A stretch of 26,537 nt of DNA, taken from a virus (taxonomy: Duplodnaviria; Caudoviricetes). The stretch is from positions 1-26,537 of the IMG/VR virus record IMGVR_UViG_3300032324_001029. The stretch is one strand, 5' to 3'. Positions 25,731 through 26,537 of this stretch are shown here, one piece after another. The translations under genes and the position numbers were made by a program. Under the pieces are notes generated by a model, which was not told the DNA's origin, did no database searches, and saw only the letters and a list, made by a program, of their open reading frames with translations. Position 1 is the first letter of the stretch; each line of letters starts with the position of its first letter.

Positions 25731-26186
25731 ATGGCAACTAGAAGTAGAATCGGTGTTATGATGGATGACAGTACAATCAAGCATTCCTACTGTCACTTTG
25801 ACGGATATCCTCACGGTGTAGGGCATACACTCTTAAAGCATTATTCTGACATTGAAAAAGTCAAAGAGCTGTTAAGTTTTGGCGATATGTCATTTCTTGC
25901 ACCAAAAGTAACTCCTGATGGCATTCATAGTTTTAATAATCCAGAACAGGACGTAACTGTTTTTTATGGCAGAGACCGTGCAGAAACTGGTGTAGATTCA
26001 GTAACTACCTCAATGGATGAATATCTTTCAGTCAAGTACTCTTCTTGTATTGATTATCAGTATGTTTTCTCTGGTGGTCATTGGTGGGTATATGATAATA
26101 ATGATAAGTTTGGTTGGATACTTGTTAAGAGATATCTTACTGATGAATATACCTTGACAGAAGAAGAATTAGCCTGTAATATATAG
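25731..26186 (+). CDS. Conserved hypothetical phage protein (TRS-IG / YCH-DGYP family)
   Basis: MATRSRIG...YCHFDGYP-GVG--LL-HY...GDMS...YGRDR-E; AAGGAG RBS. Confidence 0.8.
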   Translation: MATRSRIGVMMDDSTIKHSYCHFDGYPHGVGHTLLKHYSDIEKVKELLSFGDMSFLAPKVTPDGIHSFNNPEQDVTVFYGRDRAETGVDSVTTSMDEYLSVKYSSCIDYQYVFSGGHWWVYDNNDKFGWILVKRYLTDEYTLTEEELACNI

Positions 26187-26188
26187 AT

Positions 26189-26492
26189 GTAAGGAGGCAT
26201 CCTTGCTCCAGTAAAAGACCAGAACGGCTAGAATCTATTGCGAGATTCAAACAAGGGTAGCAACCTTGGAGTGGTTAAGTCCACAATCTTTTACTGAAAC
26301 CTTGGAGATGATTGACGCAAACAATCTATCCAAGTATAATGATTTATTGTTAGTTGCTATGCTCTCTTTGAGACACGGGCATCAACGGAGGCAGAGACCA
26401 TCGAAAGAACTGCCCTTGTGTTCCGTACTGGATGAAATCCAGCCAACCACAAATAATTAAAAAACTTCTAAGAATTTTCTTGGGGGTTTTTT
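26189..26492 (+). ncRNA. Candidate large structured non-coding RNA
   Basis: Promoter TTGACA(26154)-17-TAATAT(26177), many nested helices, a possible pseudoknot, raised GC, terminator at 26459-26492. Confidence 0.6.
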
Positions 26493-26495
26493 CTT

Positions 26496-26519
26496 TAGGC
26501 ATGGTATAAACCATGCCTA
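26496..26519. repeat. 24-bp palindrome copy 15 (compensated variant)
   Basis: TAGGCATGGT-ATAA-ACCATGCCTA. Confidence 0.92.
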
Positions 26520-26537
26520 CAAACTTTAATCTATATA

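Noticed and set aside
3637-25780. Minus-strand and nested ORFs overlapping longer genes (e.g. 6156-6587, 9443-9838, 9813-10175, 13977-14429, 16638-17126, 17599-17976)
   Set aside because: Shadow frames of well-supported + genes or tRNAs, with no motifs or initiation signals.
26271-26445. Pistol, HDV-like or group I ribozyme resemblance (GTGGTTAAGTCCAC; GCAGAGACCA)
   Set aside because: I could not find the required pseudoknot or P7 partner strands.
26266-26460. 64-aa ORF, or a tmRNA tag-like stretch (ANNLSKYNDLLLVA)
   Set aside because: TTG start inside a helix, no stop after the tag-like peptide, and no tRNA-like domain with a TTCRA loop.
9391-26519. Palindromic repeats as a CRISPR array
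   Set aside because: Intervals are 0.56-2.3 kb and contain whole genes; no cas genes are present.
9391-26519. 24-bp palindromes as ordinary rho-independent terminators
   Set aside because: Most follow a separate canonical terminator, are followed by A-tracts rather than U-tracts on +, have only 2-4-nt centres and are sequence-conserved. A minus-strand termination role for some copies is not excluded.

Overview
AT-rich (roughly 30% GC by eye), gene-dense segment of a large lytic dsDNA bacteriophage genome. It has rIIA/rIIB-like genes, a tRNA cluster with an HNH gene and many short orphan ORFs, almost all on the + strand. The window falls into two domains. (1) 1-7050: a ~1.35-kb non-coding region with origin-like features (11-bp-phased GTGGA repeats, apparent GC-skew flip), then an NrdG-like radical SAM gene, a UV-damage endonuclease (UvsE) and an Ogg-like glycosylase. 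This domain carries about 33 copies of (TT)TCGAG, all on the + strand. (2) 9391-26519: fifteen copies of a 24-bp palindrome (consensus TAGGGATGGTA-NN-TACCATCCCTA, variable centre, symmetric compensatory changes). They split the region into 0.56-2.3-kb modules, typically terminator - palindrome - AT-rich spacer - sigma70-type promoter - gene(s). Also found: an unlisted 55-aa ArfA-like ORF with a terminator hairpin before its own stop codon, a ~290-nt highly structured candidate ncRNA, several small hairpin RNAs near the tRNAs, and nine apparently leaderless genes. All protein calls come from motif recognition by eye; no database search was run and counts are manual.
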